A stretch of DNA of 64,000 bases from an uncultured Bacilli bacterium (GTDB lineage: Bacteria > Bacillota_I > Bacilli_A > RF39 > UBA660). This document shows, in pieces, positions 27,165 to 37,364 of this stretch. The first letter of the stretch is position 1, and every line of letters begins with the position of its first letter. A program made the translations under genes and the position numbers. Location: NCBI GenBank assembly GCA_910583745.1, contig CAJTZC010000008.1:5785-69784 (forward strand), written 5' to 3'. The notes beneath the pieces are model-generated. The model made no database searches. It had not been told where the DNA came from and saw only the letters and a program-made list of their open reading frames with translations.

Positions 27165-28748
27165 CTACAGATGATATGGATTATCAATTGTGCCGTTTCC
27201 TTGGAGTTTATCTAGGTATTCAGCTTTCAGATTGATTACTGGAGCGACCGCACCGCTGTCGTCAACATTGTAGTGGATCATCTGGCCAGAGCTATTGACA
27301 AGGAACACAGTAGCAAGGCCGCCAGAATGCACGCTATTAGGCGAGAACGACCAGTACCAGCTTTCTTTTTTTAAGTAATAACTACTATTTGTTGTTCCAT
27401 ACTTTCCGCTTCCTGCGGCTACGATTTCATCTGCTGTGATTAACCCTACTGGATACGTCGATTTCCCGTTTCCTCCATTTTCTGCTTCCACTGTGAATTT
27501 ATCGTTTTCCTGTGGACACGTGAAACGCGGTTGTGTTACTGTTGTCTGCCATGGCCCTCCTACTCTTGCCGTTGCTCCGTATGCTGTTACGTTATTTCCA
27601 TATCCTAACCCTGTATCACTACTCCATCCCGTAGCACTCTTTCCTGGGGTACTTCTATCATTGCAGAATATACTGTCTGCTACATAATTTCCATATCCTG
27701 TGTCTACTATATTTGTTTTATACCATTCATCTACTTTTGTCTTTATTGGTGAGTCTGTTTCATTTCTTTGCGCTTGCTCTTTGCTCGTACTTGCACTTCC
27801 ATTTGCTCCTCCGAACATCCACCCTACATATTTGGCATCATTCTTACTTGTATTCCATGTTTGAGCAGATAAAACAAATCCTCTTGTATAAGTATTATCT
27901 CTTGATATCCCCACTCCATCATACTGTATTCGCACTGTTCCATTACCGTTGAACCGGATGATTCTCCACCACATATCTTGCCCACTCGCGTTCTTTCCAA
28001 ATTTTATGTAGTTATTTGGTGCCGTTCCTCTATAGTAGTAGCTCGTTCCATAATCATCTTCCATGCTGTACAGTCCGTTTGCCGTTTCATCTGTCGTCGC
28101 TGGATTTGCGAAGTTCGTTGGGTTATTAGTATTCTTCTTTATATTTAAACTTGCAAGCGCATCTTCTGCAGTCCATTTTTTGGTACTTTCATCTAATGTA
28201 AATTTTGTTATAAAGTTTGCATTTAAATCTGCCGTTTGGTCTATATCCGGTAAATCTTCAAATGTGATTCTTACTCTATAGGTATACGTGTGTCCTGCTG
28301 GAACAAGTAAGTGGTCTGCCATAAGCTGTGTTGAAGCTGTCTCACTTCTCGGCACATTTGCACTTACTGTCTCTACTTGCTTCCATTCTGCTCCTATGTC
28401 ATCACTTTTCTCTTCTAAAGTATACGTTAGAGATTCTGCTAAGTATGTATTTATCAAATTATCCCAACTTATCTTTGCATACGCATCTCGCGTTCCCGTA
28501 TTTTCGATGACCAATTCTTTCTCGGTACTGTCTCCAAAGTTCCATGTACCTTCTATATTCTCTACCGTTTCATCATTATCTCTAAATGTTAGAGCTAAAT
28601 CGCCACTTCTTATCGTAATCTTCTCTTGCTCGTTTGTTCCCACTTGAGATACAAAGTAAGCATAAGTCAGCGATGTCGTCAAGGCAACTATCGATACACA
28701 TAGCACTATCAATGATATTACATTCTTTTTGTTTCTTTTTTCTTCCAT
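27165..28748 (-). CDS. Secreted protein with SipW/TasA-like N-terminal signal and beta-sandwich-like module (paralog 1)
   Basis: ATG 28748 has RBS AAAGGGA. MEEKRNKKNVISLIVLCVSIVALTTSLTYAYFVSQ resembles the SipW-cognate (T-x-AYF) signal class. About 65-80 percent identical in its N-terminal and C-terminal blocks to 49091..50650. The C-terminus ends GNGTIDNPYHL. Confidence 0.8.
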   Translation of the reverse strand: MEEKRNKKNVISLIVLCVSIVALTTSLTYAYFVSQVGTNEQEKITIRSGDLALTFRDNDETVENIEGTWNFGDSTEKELVIENTGTRDAYAKISWDNLINTYLAESLTYTLEEKSDDIGAEWKQVETVSANVPRSETASTQLMADHLLVPAGHTYTYRVRITFEDLPDIDQTADLNANFITKFTLDESTKKWTAEDALASLNIKKNTNNPTNFANPATTDETANGLYSMEDDYGTSYYYRGTAPNNYIKFGKNASGQDMWWRIIRFNGNGTVRIQYDGVGISRDNTYTRGFVLSAQTWNTSKNDAKYVGWMFGGANGSASTSKEQAQRNETDSPIKTKVDEWYKTNIVDTGYGNYVADSIFCNDRSTPGKSATGWSSDTGLGYGNNVTAYGATARVGGPWQTTVTQPRFTCPQENDKFTVEAENGGNGKSTYPVGLITADEIVAAGSGKYGTTNSSYYLKKESWYWSFSPNSVHSGGLATVFLVNSSGQMIHYNVDDSGAVAPVINLKAEYLDKLQGNGTIDNPYHL

Positions 28749-28924
28749 ACTCTTGTTCCCTTTCTTTCTACTCAGTCTACCATACATTTTTTGAAAATCG
28801 TGTCGATTTGTAATCATCTAATTTGAACTCCTGTACTTATTTTATGAGTATTATCTATGTTATAAGTATACAATTGAAATGGTTTAAAAGCGTACTTAGT
28901 CTACTTAAAAAGTAAAGTATTTAC

Positions 28925-28952
28925 AAAAGAAAACATGTCGCGCGAGGCGACA
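28925..28952 (-). terminator. Rho-independent terminator after the AI-2E transporter gene
   Basis: Minus strand: TGTCGC-ctcgc-GCGACA followed by a U-rich tract. Confidence 0.55.
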
Positions 28953-28954
28953 GT

Positions 28955-29950
28955 TTAGTTCGAGAGTTTTTTGTATTTTTGGACAGATTCGTAAGTAAGT
29001 TTAAAGATAATGATGACAGGAACGGCAAATATCATACCGAGCAAGCCGAGAAATTTTCCCATAATCGAAAGGGAAATGATGATTAAGATTGGATTTACTT
29101 TTATACATTTGCTCATAATCATAGGGTTTATAATGTTCGATTCTATTGTCTGTGCGAAGACGATGACTCCTAAAGTGATGAGACCCAAATTCATGCTGGT
29201 GCCGAGACCGACTAAAACGGCTGGAATGCCTCCGATATAAGGGCCGACAAATGGAATAATGTTTGTTATTGCAGAGAAGCCGGCGAGGATAAATGGATAT
29301 TCGAGGCCGATAATCATGTAAAGCACGACGGAGATTGCGAAAAGGATGGCCGTATCCAACAATGTCCCTTTGATGTAAATGCGCATGTTCGTCGACATCT
29401 TTCTCACGTATTCTAAGACAGTGCGCTTGTACTTTAGAGGGATGAGACTTCTTAAAAAGGAATTGACGGAGTCATACGCATACAGAATGTAGAAACCGAA
29501 TATGTGGACAAGAACGAACTCTGCGACCCAGGCGATGAGGTTGCCACAGGAGCTGATGATGGTATCGATATCGAGTGTTTTGATATTTTTAATTCCTTCT
29601 AGAAAAGGATACTTTGCTAATCTGGTCTGGTACTCCTCTATTACAGTCATCAAATTCGATGTGTTTTTTAAAAATATCGGTATCAATTTCCATATGATTA
29701 AAAGGTAAAAAGCTAAAAATATCGAGACGATGAGGACAATGGCGACTTTTTTGTTTAGCCGTTTTTCGAGACGGCGCATCACTGGATACAATATCCAAGC
29801 AAAGATGTATCCAAAAATGACTGGAAAGACGATTCCTAAAACAGTACAGAATATGTCATAAATCTTGATGAGGCGAAAAAGAACGATTCCTAAGAGAGCG
29901 ATGAGGAGCCAGGAGAGGTAATAGAGGTTATCGCTGAGTTTTTTAGGCAT
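28955..29950 (-). CDS. AI-2E family transporter (PerM/UPF0118)
   Basis: 331 aa, about 8 TM helices. The PFVGPYIGGIPAVLVGL motif is typical of the family. Confidence 0.8.
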   Translation of the reverse strand: MPKKLSDNLYYLSWLLIALLGIVLFRLIKIYDIFCTVLGIVFPVIFGYIFAWILYPVMRRLEKRLNKKVAIVLIVSIFLAFYLLIIWKLIPIFLKNTSNLMTVIEEYQTRLAKYPFLEGIKNIKTLDIDTIISSCGNLIAWVAEFVLVHIFGFYILYAYDSVNSFLRSLIPLKYKRTVLEYVRKMSTNMRIYIKGTLLDTAILFAISVVLYMIIGLEYPFILAGFSAITNIIPFVGPYIGGIPAVLVGLGTSMNLGLITLGVIVFAQTIESNIINPMIMSKCIKVNPILIIISLSIMGKFLGLLGMIFAVPVIIIFKLTYESVQKYKKLSN

Positions 29951-29958
29951 ATATTATC

Positions 29959-29988
29959 TCAAAAAAGGACTTTTTATTTTAAGTCCTT
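29959..29988 (-). terminator. Rho-independent terminator of the small membrane protein gene
   Basis: Minus strand: AAGGACUU-aaaauaaa-AAGUCCUU followed by UUUU. Overlaps the stop codon. Confidence 0.55.
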
Positions 29989-30120
29989 CATCATATTTTT
30001 TACTTCATTCTTGACCTTAGCAGTCTTCGCAGGGTGCATTTTCATATAGGAATACATCAATGAACCTACACCGACTGAAAAAGCTGCGATAGGAACGAGC
30101 ATGTTCATATTCTTTTTCAT
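29974..30120 (-). CDS. 48-aa small membrane protein (unannotated in the ORF track)
   Basis: Strong RBS AAGGAGAG lies 5 nt before ATG 30120. MKKNMNMLVPIAAFSVGVGSLMYSYMKMHPAKTAKVKNEVKNMMKDLK has one TM helix and a basic tail. Confidence 0.6.
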   Translation of the reverse strand: MKKNMNMLVPIAAFSVGVGSLMYSYMKMHPAKTAKVKNEVKNMMKDLK

Positions 30121-30156
30121 AAAAATCTCTCCTTACTTACTATTAGTATGGACCTT

Positions 30157-32346
30157 TTACTTCAATTTATTCATCAAAGTTTCAACTAAATTGGTCTTTC
30201 TATTTAGGCTGTAATCGTTGTTTGTACCCATGTAGAAAGCTTGAGGGCTCCCCAGTAAAGTGAGGCTTTTTTTGGCTCTAGAGATGCCCGTATAGAGCAA
30301 TTTGTTGTACAACATGCGGCCATAGTTCATCGTGATAGGCATGATGACATGGTCGAATTCGCTTCCTTGGCTCTTGTGAATCGTAATCGCATAGGCGTGT
30401 TTGAGATTGATGATGTCTTCTCTTTTATAGAATACGGCATTTCCATAGAAATTTACGACCAAAAGCTTGTCTTTGCTGCCGGCATTCGTCTCTTCTATGT
30501 AGCCGATATCTCCATTGTAGATGTTGTTATCGGGATCATTGACGAGCTGTAAGACCTTGTCTCCCACGCGATATAAGGTTTCCCCTATCCTTATCTCCGA
30601 TTTGTCTTTGCTCGGAGGATTGAATAATCCTTGTAGGATAGCATTTAAGTTATCGATGCCATTTTCTCCCTTGTACATCGGAGCCAATATTTGGATATTG
30701 TTCACATCGATTCCCTTTTTTATGGACAATTTACAGATTTCTTTGATGGTATCTTTTACCATGTGTACGTCGACATTGAGGAAAGAAAAATCCTCTTTTT
30801 TGGAAATCGATTCCTCTTCTAAATCGTGATTTTTGATATTGAGGCACAGATAAGGTATCGAAGAGCCCGAACTCTGTCTATAAATCTCTTTGAGAGGTAC
30901 GTGGTTAAAGAGTTCACTCGTGATGAGGTCTGTCAAAATGAGGCCTGGTCCGACACTTGGAAGCTGGTTGTCGTCTCCTACGATGACGAGTCTTGCACTG
31001 TCCATGATGCCTTTTAAAAGGGCGTCGAAGAGCTCGGTGTCTATCATACTCGTCTCGTCGATGATAATCAGTTTCTCCATTCTCTTATTGTATTCATTGT
31101 ATTCGAATTTTCCGGTATTTTTGTCCCATTTTAGGTATCTATGCACTGTCATCGAAGGTAGACCTGTCAAATCGCTCAGTCTCTTCGCAGCACGACCTGT
31201 GGGTGCGAGAAGAGCGAGTTCTTCGAGAGCAATTTTCTCGCTGAATTCGTGTGTATCGATATACAGACCGGCGATGGCTTTGACGATGGTGGTCTTTCCC
31301 GTTCCGGGTCCTCCCGTGATGATGGTCACGTTTTCACTGAGAGCCATCTTGATAGCTCGCTTTTGGTCCTCGTTGTATGTCACCGCATTCGCCTTGCTAA
31401 ACGCTTCGATTCTCTCGTCGAGTTTTTCGATTTTGTGCGGTTTTTTATTGTTAATCACGTGTAAAATGTCTGCGATGTTGTTCTCCATCTTGTAATAACC
31501 GTATAAAAAGTATCGGTCGTCTAACACTTTTATCTCTCTTCGCTTTTTCAATCTGTCGATGTATTCTTCGAATTCCTCCTCCGACAAGACGATGTCGAAG
31601 TTGGCCAAGCGCGTGCGTATCTCTTCCTTATAAGAGTACGTGTCGCCGGCTTCGAAACTTAGTTCTTTCATCGATTCGATGATGCACGCCTCGATTCTAT
31701 TCTCATCCGTCTCGTTCTTTAAACTGAAGTACACTTTGTCGAGTGTCTTGAACTCAATTTCGTCTATCAATGTGTAGACATTCTCTTCCAACACTGCTTT
31801 GATGCTCATTCCATAGGTATTGAGAAGTGTCATGGCATTCTTCATCGTAAACCCGAGTTTGGTGAGGTAGATGATGACTTCGTCGCTGTTTTGGTATTTC
31901 ATGATTGAATTGTAAATACTTTCGGTCTTTTTCTCTGTCATTTTAGGAATCATTAGAAGGCAATTCTTGTTCTCTTTTATCTTTTCTAAGGCGTCATCGC
32001 CGAGCATTTCGACAATCTGTTGAGCTGTCTTTTCCCCACAGCCTTTCACTAAACTAGAAGACAAAAAGTCGATGACGGCGTCTTTTCCCTCCGGTTTGAC
32101 GTGTTCGTACGAGGAGACCTGAAACTGGTAGCCGTATTTGCCATTTTCGATGTAATTTCCGTAGAAAATGTAGTTTTCATCGAGGGTAAGGTCGTAAAAA
32201 TAACCTGTAAAGGTGACCGTGTGGTTGGACAGTTCTTCTTGCAAGTTTTCACTGGCTTCCTTTACTCTACATAGTCCTATTTTATAGCCATTCCCGCCTG
32301 TTGATTCGTATATCGCCTTTTTAAATTTTCCTTTGATGTATTCCAT
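30157..32346 (-). CDS. recD2: ATP-dependent RecD2-type SF1B DNA helicase
   Basis: Walker A ITGGPGTGKTT, Walker B LIIIDETSM, the helicase motif IHKSQGSEF and an N-terminal OB/HhH region. 729 aa. Confidence 0.9.
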   Translation of the reverse strand: MEYIKGKFKKAIYESTGGNGYKIGLCRVKEASENLQEELSNHTVTFTGYFYDLTLDENYIFYGNYIENGKYGYQFQVSSYEHVKPEGKDAVIDFLSSSLVKGCGEKTAQQIVEMLGDDALEKIKENKNCLLMIPKMTEKKTESIYNSIMKYQNSDEVIIYLTKLGFTMKNAMTLLNTYGMSIKAVLEENVYTLIDEIEFKTLDKVYFSLKNETDENRIEACIIESMKELSFEAGDTYSYKEEIRTRLANFDIVLSEEEFEEYIDRLKKRREIKVLDDRYFLYGYYKMENNIADILHVINNKKPHKIEKLDERIEAFSKANAVTYNEDQKRAIKMALSENVTIITGGPGTGKTTIVKAIAGLYIDTHEFSEKIALEELALLAPTGRAAKRLSDLTGLPSMTVHRYLKWDKNTGKFEYNEYNKRMEKLIIIDETSMIDTELFDALLKGIMDSARLVIVGDDNQLPSVGPGLILTDLITSELFNHVPLKEIYRQSSGSSIPYLCLNIKNHDLEEESISKKEDFSFLNVDVHMVKDTIKEICKLSIKKGIDVNNIQILAPMYKGENGIDNLNAILQGLFNPPSKDKSEIRIGETLYRVGDKVLQLVNDPDNNIYNGDIGYIEETNAGSKDKLLVVNFYGNAVFYKREDIINLKHAYAITIHKSQGSEFDHVIMPITMNYGRMLYNKLLYTGISRAKKSLTLLGSPQAFYMGTNNDYSLNRKTNLVETLMNKLK

Positions 32347-32460
32347 TTCGATACTCCTCTCTTAAAACTGATTGTACCAAATCAGAAGTCAAATTACAAG
32401 TCGGAGGCTACCTTTTGAAAATTGCCCCTTTATTTTAGGCGAAAAGCAATAAAAAAAAAC

Positions 32461-33114
32461 TTAGATAAAGTTTTTGTCTAGCTCAATCGGTTGGGCCAAG
32501 CATCTCGTAAAGTCAGAATAGGTAACAATCGTATTTATCGTTCCGCCGAGATTTAAATCGGCGTCGACTTTCTTTTCTAATTCCGTAAGTTTTTCTATGT
32601 AAGCCGTCTGTTCCTCACGTGTATGGCTCTGTTTACTGTGGTAATCTAAGTAGGCTTCGACGTATTTGCCGTATATACTCTCTTTGTCCGTTTCTTTCTC
32701 GTTTTTTGGAGTACCGAACAGGACTGATTTGTAAAAATTGCTCTGGTCTTTATTTGCTTCTGTTGGAGACTTGGCAATACAAGCGACCGATGAATTCATG
32801 AGATAGTCGTGAAAGTAGCTCTCTAGCGAATCGATTTCGTTCTCTTTTGAGTCCATACTTTTGACTTTTGCCTCTTGTTTTAACTTTATATCTTCAATCA
32901 GTTGTAAATCTCTCGATAATTCCTGCCCTTTCGGTGCATTCGCCGTTTTCTTCGAGTTGTCTCCGGTCAAATGACAAGTCTCCTCTTTTCTGATGAGCGA
33001 AATGGACAAGCCGAATCTTCCTAATCGATGAAAAACGCGGACGCCGAGTTTGTGTTTCTTTTTGTCGCTCGAAGTATATGTTGCAGCGAAAGTTCTAGTT
33101 TGTCCATTTGCCAT
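32461..33114 (-). CDS. Hypothetical protein
   Basis: 217 aa counted from ATG 33114 (RBS AGGTGA; the track start is GTG 33123). No recognisable motif; charged and helical. Confidence 0.6.
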   Translation of the reverse strand: MANGQTRTFAATYTSSDKKKHKLGVRVFHRLGRFGLSISLIRKEETCHLTGDNSKKTANAPKGQELSRDLQLIEDIKLKQEAKVKSMDSKENEIDSLESYFHDYLMNSSVACIAKSPTEANKDQSNFYKSVLFGTPKNEKETDKESIYGKYVEAYLDYHSKQSHTREEQTAYIEKLTELEKKVDADLNLGGTINTIVTYSDFTRCLAQPIELDKNFI

Positions 33115-33152
33115 CAAAATCACCTATTATTAGTATAATTTTTTTGTGTAAA

Positions 33153-34442
33153 TTATTCAACTTTTTCTATTTCTCCATTTACAATTATTCCGTCAAGAGA
33201 AGTGATTTTTACGTCGACGGTCTGTCCACTTTTTGCCAAGCCTTTGAAGTTTACGAGGATGTAATTGGATGTATGTCCTCTCGACTCTAATCCTTCCGAA
33301 GTTTCGACGATGACATCGAGGGTTTGATTTAAGAATTTTTCGTAATAAGTTTTCTCCAACTCGTTCGACAGAGCGAGTATCTCTCGCACGCGTTTTTTCT
33401 TGACCAACTCGTCGACGAAGTATTCCTTCATCTTTTCTGCCTTCGTGCCGTTTCTAAGCGAGAAAGGGAACGTATGTATCTTGGTAAATCCTATTTTTTT
33501 GATGAATTGGACTGTCTCTTCGAAGTTCGCTTCTTTTTCGTGAGGGAATCCGACGATTAAATCCGTCGTGATGCTGATGTTCGGACGAATCTCTCTGATT
33601 TTTTCAATTTTCTGTGAAAAGTAAGCCGTGTCGTATTTTCGGTTCATAAATTGGAGTATTTCATCGCTTCCGGTTTGTAATGGAATGTGCAAATGGTCAC
33701 AGATTTTGGGATTGTTCTTCAATTCGTCTAGGAACTTGTCGTCGAGTTCGGTGACTTCAATCGAAGAAATTCTGACTCTCTTTAAACCCTCTAATTTACT
33801 GATTTCTCTTATTAAATCGACCAAATCGTAGTCTTTTCCTCGTCCATAGGAACCCGTATGGATGCCTGTCAGGACGATTTCACTGTGGCCGTTCTCCACC
33901 AATTCGGCAATCTCTCTCGTCGCGACGTCGATGTCTTTGCTGCGAAGAGCCCCTCTCATATAAGGAATGATGCAGTAGGCACAGAAGTTGTCACAGCCGT
34001 CCTGAATTTTGACGAAGGCGCGCGTCTTATTCGATTCACTTTTGAGCGTCATGTCCTCAAATGGGACTTTCGACATATCATAAAAACGTGCGATCTTCTC
34101 GCGTTTCTTCGCGTATTCTTCGACCAGTTCTACGATGTGCGATTTGTCTTTGTTTCCTATTAAAATGTCGATTCCTAGAGGCAAGAGAGCTTCTCTATGG
34201 TTTTCTGCACTGCACCCACAGACCGCGATGATGGCCTCTTTGCTCTCTTTTTTGGCGAGCCTTATCATATGGCGACTCTTCGCATCGCTTTGGTTGGTCA
34301 CCGAACAGGTATTTATGACGATGACATCGGGTTTCTCTTGCAAAGAAACGGCTTTGTGACCGACTTCCTCGAACTGTTCTCGCATGTATTCGCTTTCATA
34401 ACTGTTTACCTTGCAGCCCAAAGTAATGATAGAAAAAGTCAT
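33153..34442 (-). CDS. mtaB: tRNA t6A37 methylthiotransferase MtaB (radical SAM)
   Basis: An N-terminal UPF0004 domain (TLGCKVNSYESE) is followed by the radical-SAM motif CDNFCAYC and a C-terminal TRAM-like domain. Confidence 0.85.
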   Translation of the reverse strand: MTFSIITLGCKVNSYESEYMREQFEEVGHKAVSLQEKPDVIVINTCSVTNQSDAKSRHMIRLAKKESKEAIIAVCGCSAENHREALLPLGIDILIGNKDKSHIVELVEEYAKKREKIARFYDMSKVPFEDMTLKSESNKTRAFVKIQDGCDNFCAYCIIPYMRGALRSKDIDVATREIAELVENGHSEIVLTGIHTGSYGRGKDYDLVDLIREISKLEGLKRVRISSIEVTELDDKFLDELKNNPKICDHLHIPLQTGSDEILQFMNRKYDTAYFSQKIEKIREIRPNISITTDLIVGFPHEKEANFEETVQFIKKIGFTKIHTFPFSLRNGTKAEKMKEYFVDELVKKKRVREILALSNELEKTYYEKFLNQTLDVIVETSEGLESRGHTSNYILVNFKGLAKSGQTVDVKITSLDGIIVNGEIEKVE

Positions 34443-34473
34443 AGTAAAACCTCCTAGTAAAAAAAGTTAGAAT

Positions 34474-35004
34474 CTATCTAACTAAGTTGTTTTGTAACAC
34501 TTTGAGAGCGGATAAGAATGCCTCTTCGTTTTCGTAGCTCATCATGATGGCCTTTGGCAAGTTGACCATTTCTTGTGTATTGCTCTCTTTGTTGTTCACT
34601 TTTTGCACGACGATGTCGTCAAAACCACTTTCGTAGTTGTCGTCATAGTAGATGTTCGTCGCCATCGATGCGCGTTTGACCAGTTCGTCATAGCTGATAA
34701 TCGCCGTATCTTCCATCTCTTTTTCGTAATCGCTCAAATCGATAGGTTTGGGACTGTAATCGGTCTCCAATTCGTCGATAATCTTGCTGAGCGGTTTTTC
34801 TTTTGCCACGGGTTGTGCCGTCGGTGTCTCGATGAATTCTTCGAGTAAGTTTTCTCTCTCGTCGAGGGCCTCTTCATCTATCTTGATGAGATAGACAATG
34901 TAAACCAAAAGCAACAATAGCAGCAATGTGACGACGAAGAAGAATAAATCGCTCCAACTAAAAGAACTCAACAATCCCCCTAGAGTTAAAACAATTCGTT
35001 CCAT
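34474..35004 (-). CDS. Hypothetical single-pass membrane protein with an acidic cytoplasmic region
   Basis: 176 aa. TM helix FFFVVTLLLLLLLVYIVYLI, then Glu/Asp-rich sequence. Confidence 0.6.
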   Translation of the reverse strand: MERIVLTLGGLLSSFSWSDLFFFVVTLLLLLLLVYIVYLIKIDEEALDERENLLEEFIETPTAQPVAKEKPLSKIIDELETDYSPKPIDLSDYEKEMEDTAIISYDELVKRASMATNIYYDDNYESGFDDIVVQKVNNKESNTQEMVNLPKAIMMSYENEEAFLSALKVLQNNLVR

Positions 35005-35089
35005 ATAGTACCTCTTTCTCCTACTTCTTCGGGATGTGCTCCCTTATGGAAAGTATTATAGCATACTCGACACATACTTTGCAATCATA

Positions 35090-35371
35090 TTACATCATAG
35101 TTGACACTGTAGCTTCGATGATGTTCGATGTATCGACGAAAATATTCCCTTTTTCAGTGAGAGCGACGACTCCGAAGTTCTTGCTTATCAGATGGTCTAT
35201 CGGTACCCCAAAAAACTTCGATAACTCGATTAAAGTGCTGACTTGCATGTCGTGTCCCTCAAACATATAGATGAGTGTAGAATAAGGAATTTTAGACATT
35301 TTAGACAATTGTCTCTTGCTCCTGATATTTTTTTCTTTCATCAATTCTTTTAATTTTTGATTGTTTAACAT
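35090..35371 (-). CDS. XRE-family helix-turn-helix transcriptional regulator
   Basis: ATG 35371 has RBS GGGAGG. IRSKRQLSKMSKIPYSTLIYMFEGHDMQVSTLIELSKFFGVPIDHL is a Cro/CI-type HTH. Confidence 0.75.
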   Translation of the reverse strand: MLNNQKLKELMKEKNIRSKRQLSKMSKIPYSTLIYMFEGHDMQVSTLIELSKFFGVPIDHLISKNFGVVALTEKGNIFVDTSNIIEATVSTMM

Positions 35372-35491
35372 GATTAAAACCTCCCTGTATAATGATATTA
35401 TACAATATATCGACCACATATTGTATAGATAAAATTAACAAAACTTTATAACATTTTTGGCAAAAAATAAAAATGACAAAATTTAAAATTG

Positions 35492-35674
35492 TCATTTTAA
35501 TAATTCTGTATTCCATTTATTGTGCAATTTCTGAAATGTTGCAGAATTTTGTTTTTTTTGCACTTTTCCAAAATTGTAGCAGTACGGATTTGTAAGGTTA
35601 TCTGTCAAGACTCTATAATCGTCACTTGCGTTTATCGTGGCGCATTTTGTCTTCTGATTTGGATTTTTAATCAT
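35492..35674 (-). CDS. Possible 60-aa small protein
   Basis: ATG 35674 is preceded by GGTGA. MIKNPNQKTKCATINASDDYRVLTDNLTNPYCYNFGK.... No homolog recognised; it could be non-coding. Confidence 0.25.
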   Translation of the reverse strand: MIKNPNQKTKCATINASDDYRVLTDNLTNPYCYNFGKVQKKQNSATFQKLHNKWNTELLK

Positions 35675-35724
35675 TCTATCACCATTTTTATTGTGGGACA
35701 AAATGTTAAAATTTATACCACGGA

Positions 35725-36636
35725 TTATTTTTTATAGTATGACCTTATATCGTCCATGAGGTTCGCATTGAACATTTTTTTCTTTATCATCTCTATCTCG
35801 AATTTGTACGGAGGGTAAAGTCTCTCTTTCGCCTCGTCAGTCTCTCCTATATAGGGAGTTTCCAGTATCTTAGGTATGTGTTCTAGTCGCTCGTTGTAGA
35901 TGACTTTGATGAGGGTATCGAAGCCGATGGTTCCATAGCCTATGCATTCGTGTCTGTCTTTATGCGAGGCACGCGGATTTTTGGAGTCATTGATGTGTAG
36001 CACTTTTACTCTATCTATCCCTATTTTTTGGTCGAACTCGTCTAGGTATTCGTCAAAGGCATCTAAATCGACTCCCGCGTCGTTCAAATGACAGGTATCC
36101 AAGCAGATTCCTATTCTTTCTTTTTTCACAATGCCTTCTATTATCGTTTTCAATTCTTCAGTATTTTGTCCTAGCTCGGTCCCTTTCCCTGCCATCGTTT
36201 CGAGGCAAATCGTCACAGAGTCTGTCGTGTCTAAGACGATATTCAGAGCGTAGATGATGTTCTTTATCGCCTCTTGCGGTTCTAACCCTACAGCACTTCC
36301 GGGGTGTAATACGATGTATTGTATCCCCATCAGATTGCATCTCTCTATCTCTTTTATCAAGAAATTTATGCTAAATTGGTATTTTTCTAAATCTTTATTG
36401 TTTGCAAGATTCACAATGTATGGTGCGTGGCAGACGATATGTTCAAGTCCAATGCCATTTTCTTTCATTTGGGTTAAGGCTTCAATCGATAGAAAATCGT
36501 CGATAGAACTTCTCCGCGTATTTTGAGGCGCGCCTGTATAGAACATGAAGGTGTTTGCACCATAGCTCAACGCCTGTTCGACGCATCCTTTCAATTGATT
36601 TTGACCAAAGTTGACATGACATCCGATTGTAAGCAT
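35725..36636 (-). CDS. nfo: Deoxyribonuclease IV (endonuclease IV, AP endonuclease family 2)
   Basis: MLTIGCHVNF...GANTFMFYTGAPQNTRR...HAPYIVNLA...VLHPGS...CLDTCH...LHINDSK match Nfo metal-ligand blocks. Confidence 0.9.
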   Translation of the reverse strand: MLTIGCHVNFGQNQLKGCVEQALSYGANTFMFYTGAPQNTRRSSIDDFLSIEALTQMKENGIGLEHIVCHAPYIVNLANNKDLEKYQFSINFLIKEIERCNLMGIQYIVLHPGSAVGLEPQEAIKNIIYALNIVLDTTDSVTICLETMAGKGTELGQNTEELKTIIEGIVKKERIGICLDTCHLNDAGVDLDAFDEYLDEFDQKIGIDRVKVLHINDSKNPRASHKDRHECIGYGTIGFDTLIKVIYNERLEHIPKILETPYIGETDEAKERLYPPYKFEIEMIKKKMFNANLMDDIRSYYKK

Positions 36637-36713
36637 AGTTTCTCTCTCTCCTTTCCATTATTTTAACTAGTTTTAAAGAAAAAAGCAAAGACTTTGCTTT
36701 GCTTGTTGCCAGT

Positions 36714-37253
36714 CTAAGCTGGTGGATTTGTTGCTGAAATGCAAGAATTCATCAGTGTCACTGCTTCATTCAAGTTTAAACATGCATTGTCTTTCGATTT
36801 ATCGCAGTTGACATTTAGAATCGAGTCGATGTTGTTTTGAACTTGATCAGACATCGTGCCGTTGTAGAGGTATGCATCGTCTGTCAAATATACTTGGTAT
36901 GTCGTATCTGATTTACCATTGGTAGCTGTTGTCGCATGATTGACGCGGACGAATCCTTTGTATGAACCTGGGCTAGTGATTCCTAGGTCTTCGAGAGTGT
37001 AACAATATTGTCCGTTGCCATCCATTCTGTGAGGGCTTATCGCTTCGCTTAGCATTTTTCTAGATTCATATTCGGTTAAGGCCGAATTTAACATCTTTTC
37101 TGCATACATCTGAAAAGATTTTTTCTTCGCTTTGTTCATAGAATCGATGATATTTGGTACCGCTAAAATCATGATTATTGCCAATACTACTATGACGGCC
37201 AATAACTCGATTAATGTAAAACCTTTCTTATTTGTCTTAATTCTATTCTCCAT
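36714..37253 (-). CDS. Type IV pilin / pseudopilin-like protein (prepilin-type N-terminal cleavage/methylation domain)
   Basis: MENRIKTNKKG/FTLIELLAVIVVLAIIMILAVP is a canonical class III signal with Glu at +5. 179 aa. Stands alone between nfo and PFOR. Confidence 0.85.
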   Translation of the reverse strand: MENRIKTNKKGFTLIELLAVIVVLAIIMILAVPNIIDSMNKAKKKSFQMYAEKMLNSALTEYESRKMLSEAISPHRMDGNGQYCYTLEDLGITSPGSYKGFVRVNHATTATNGKSDTTYQVYLTDDAYLYNGTMSDQVQNNIDSILNVNCDKSKDNACLNLNEAVTLMNSCISATNPPA

Positions 37254-37364
37254 GAATATCCTCCTTACTTTATGTTTCTAATTATACTCGTGCCATCTTT
37301 AAAAGTCAATAAGTTTTAAGTTTTAAATTTTTATAAAACATAGAGTCATCATTTACAAACGATT

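Noticed and set aside
35500-35560. The inverted repeat TGCAAtttctgaaatgTTGCA as an operator for the XRE regulator.
   Set aside because: It lies about 150 bp upstream of the XRE start and inside a possible small ORF. A single short AT-rich palindrome is not distinguishable from chance here.
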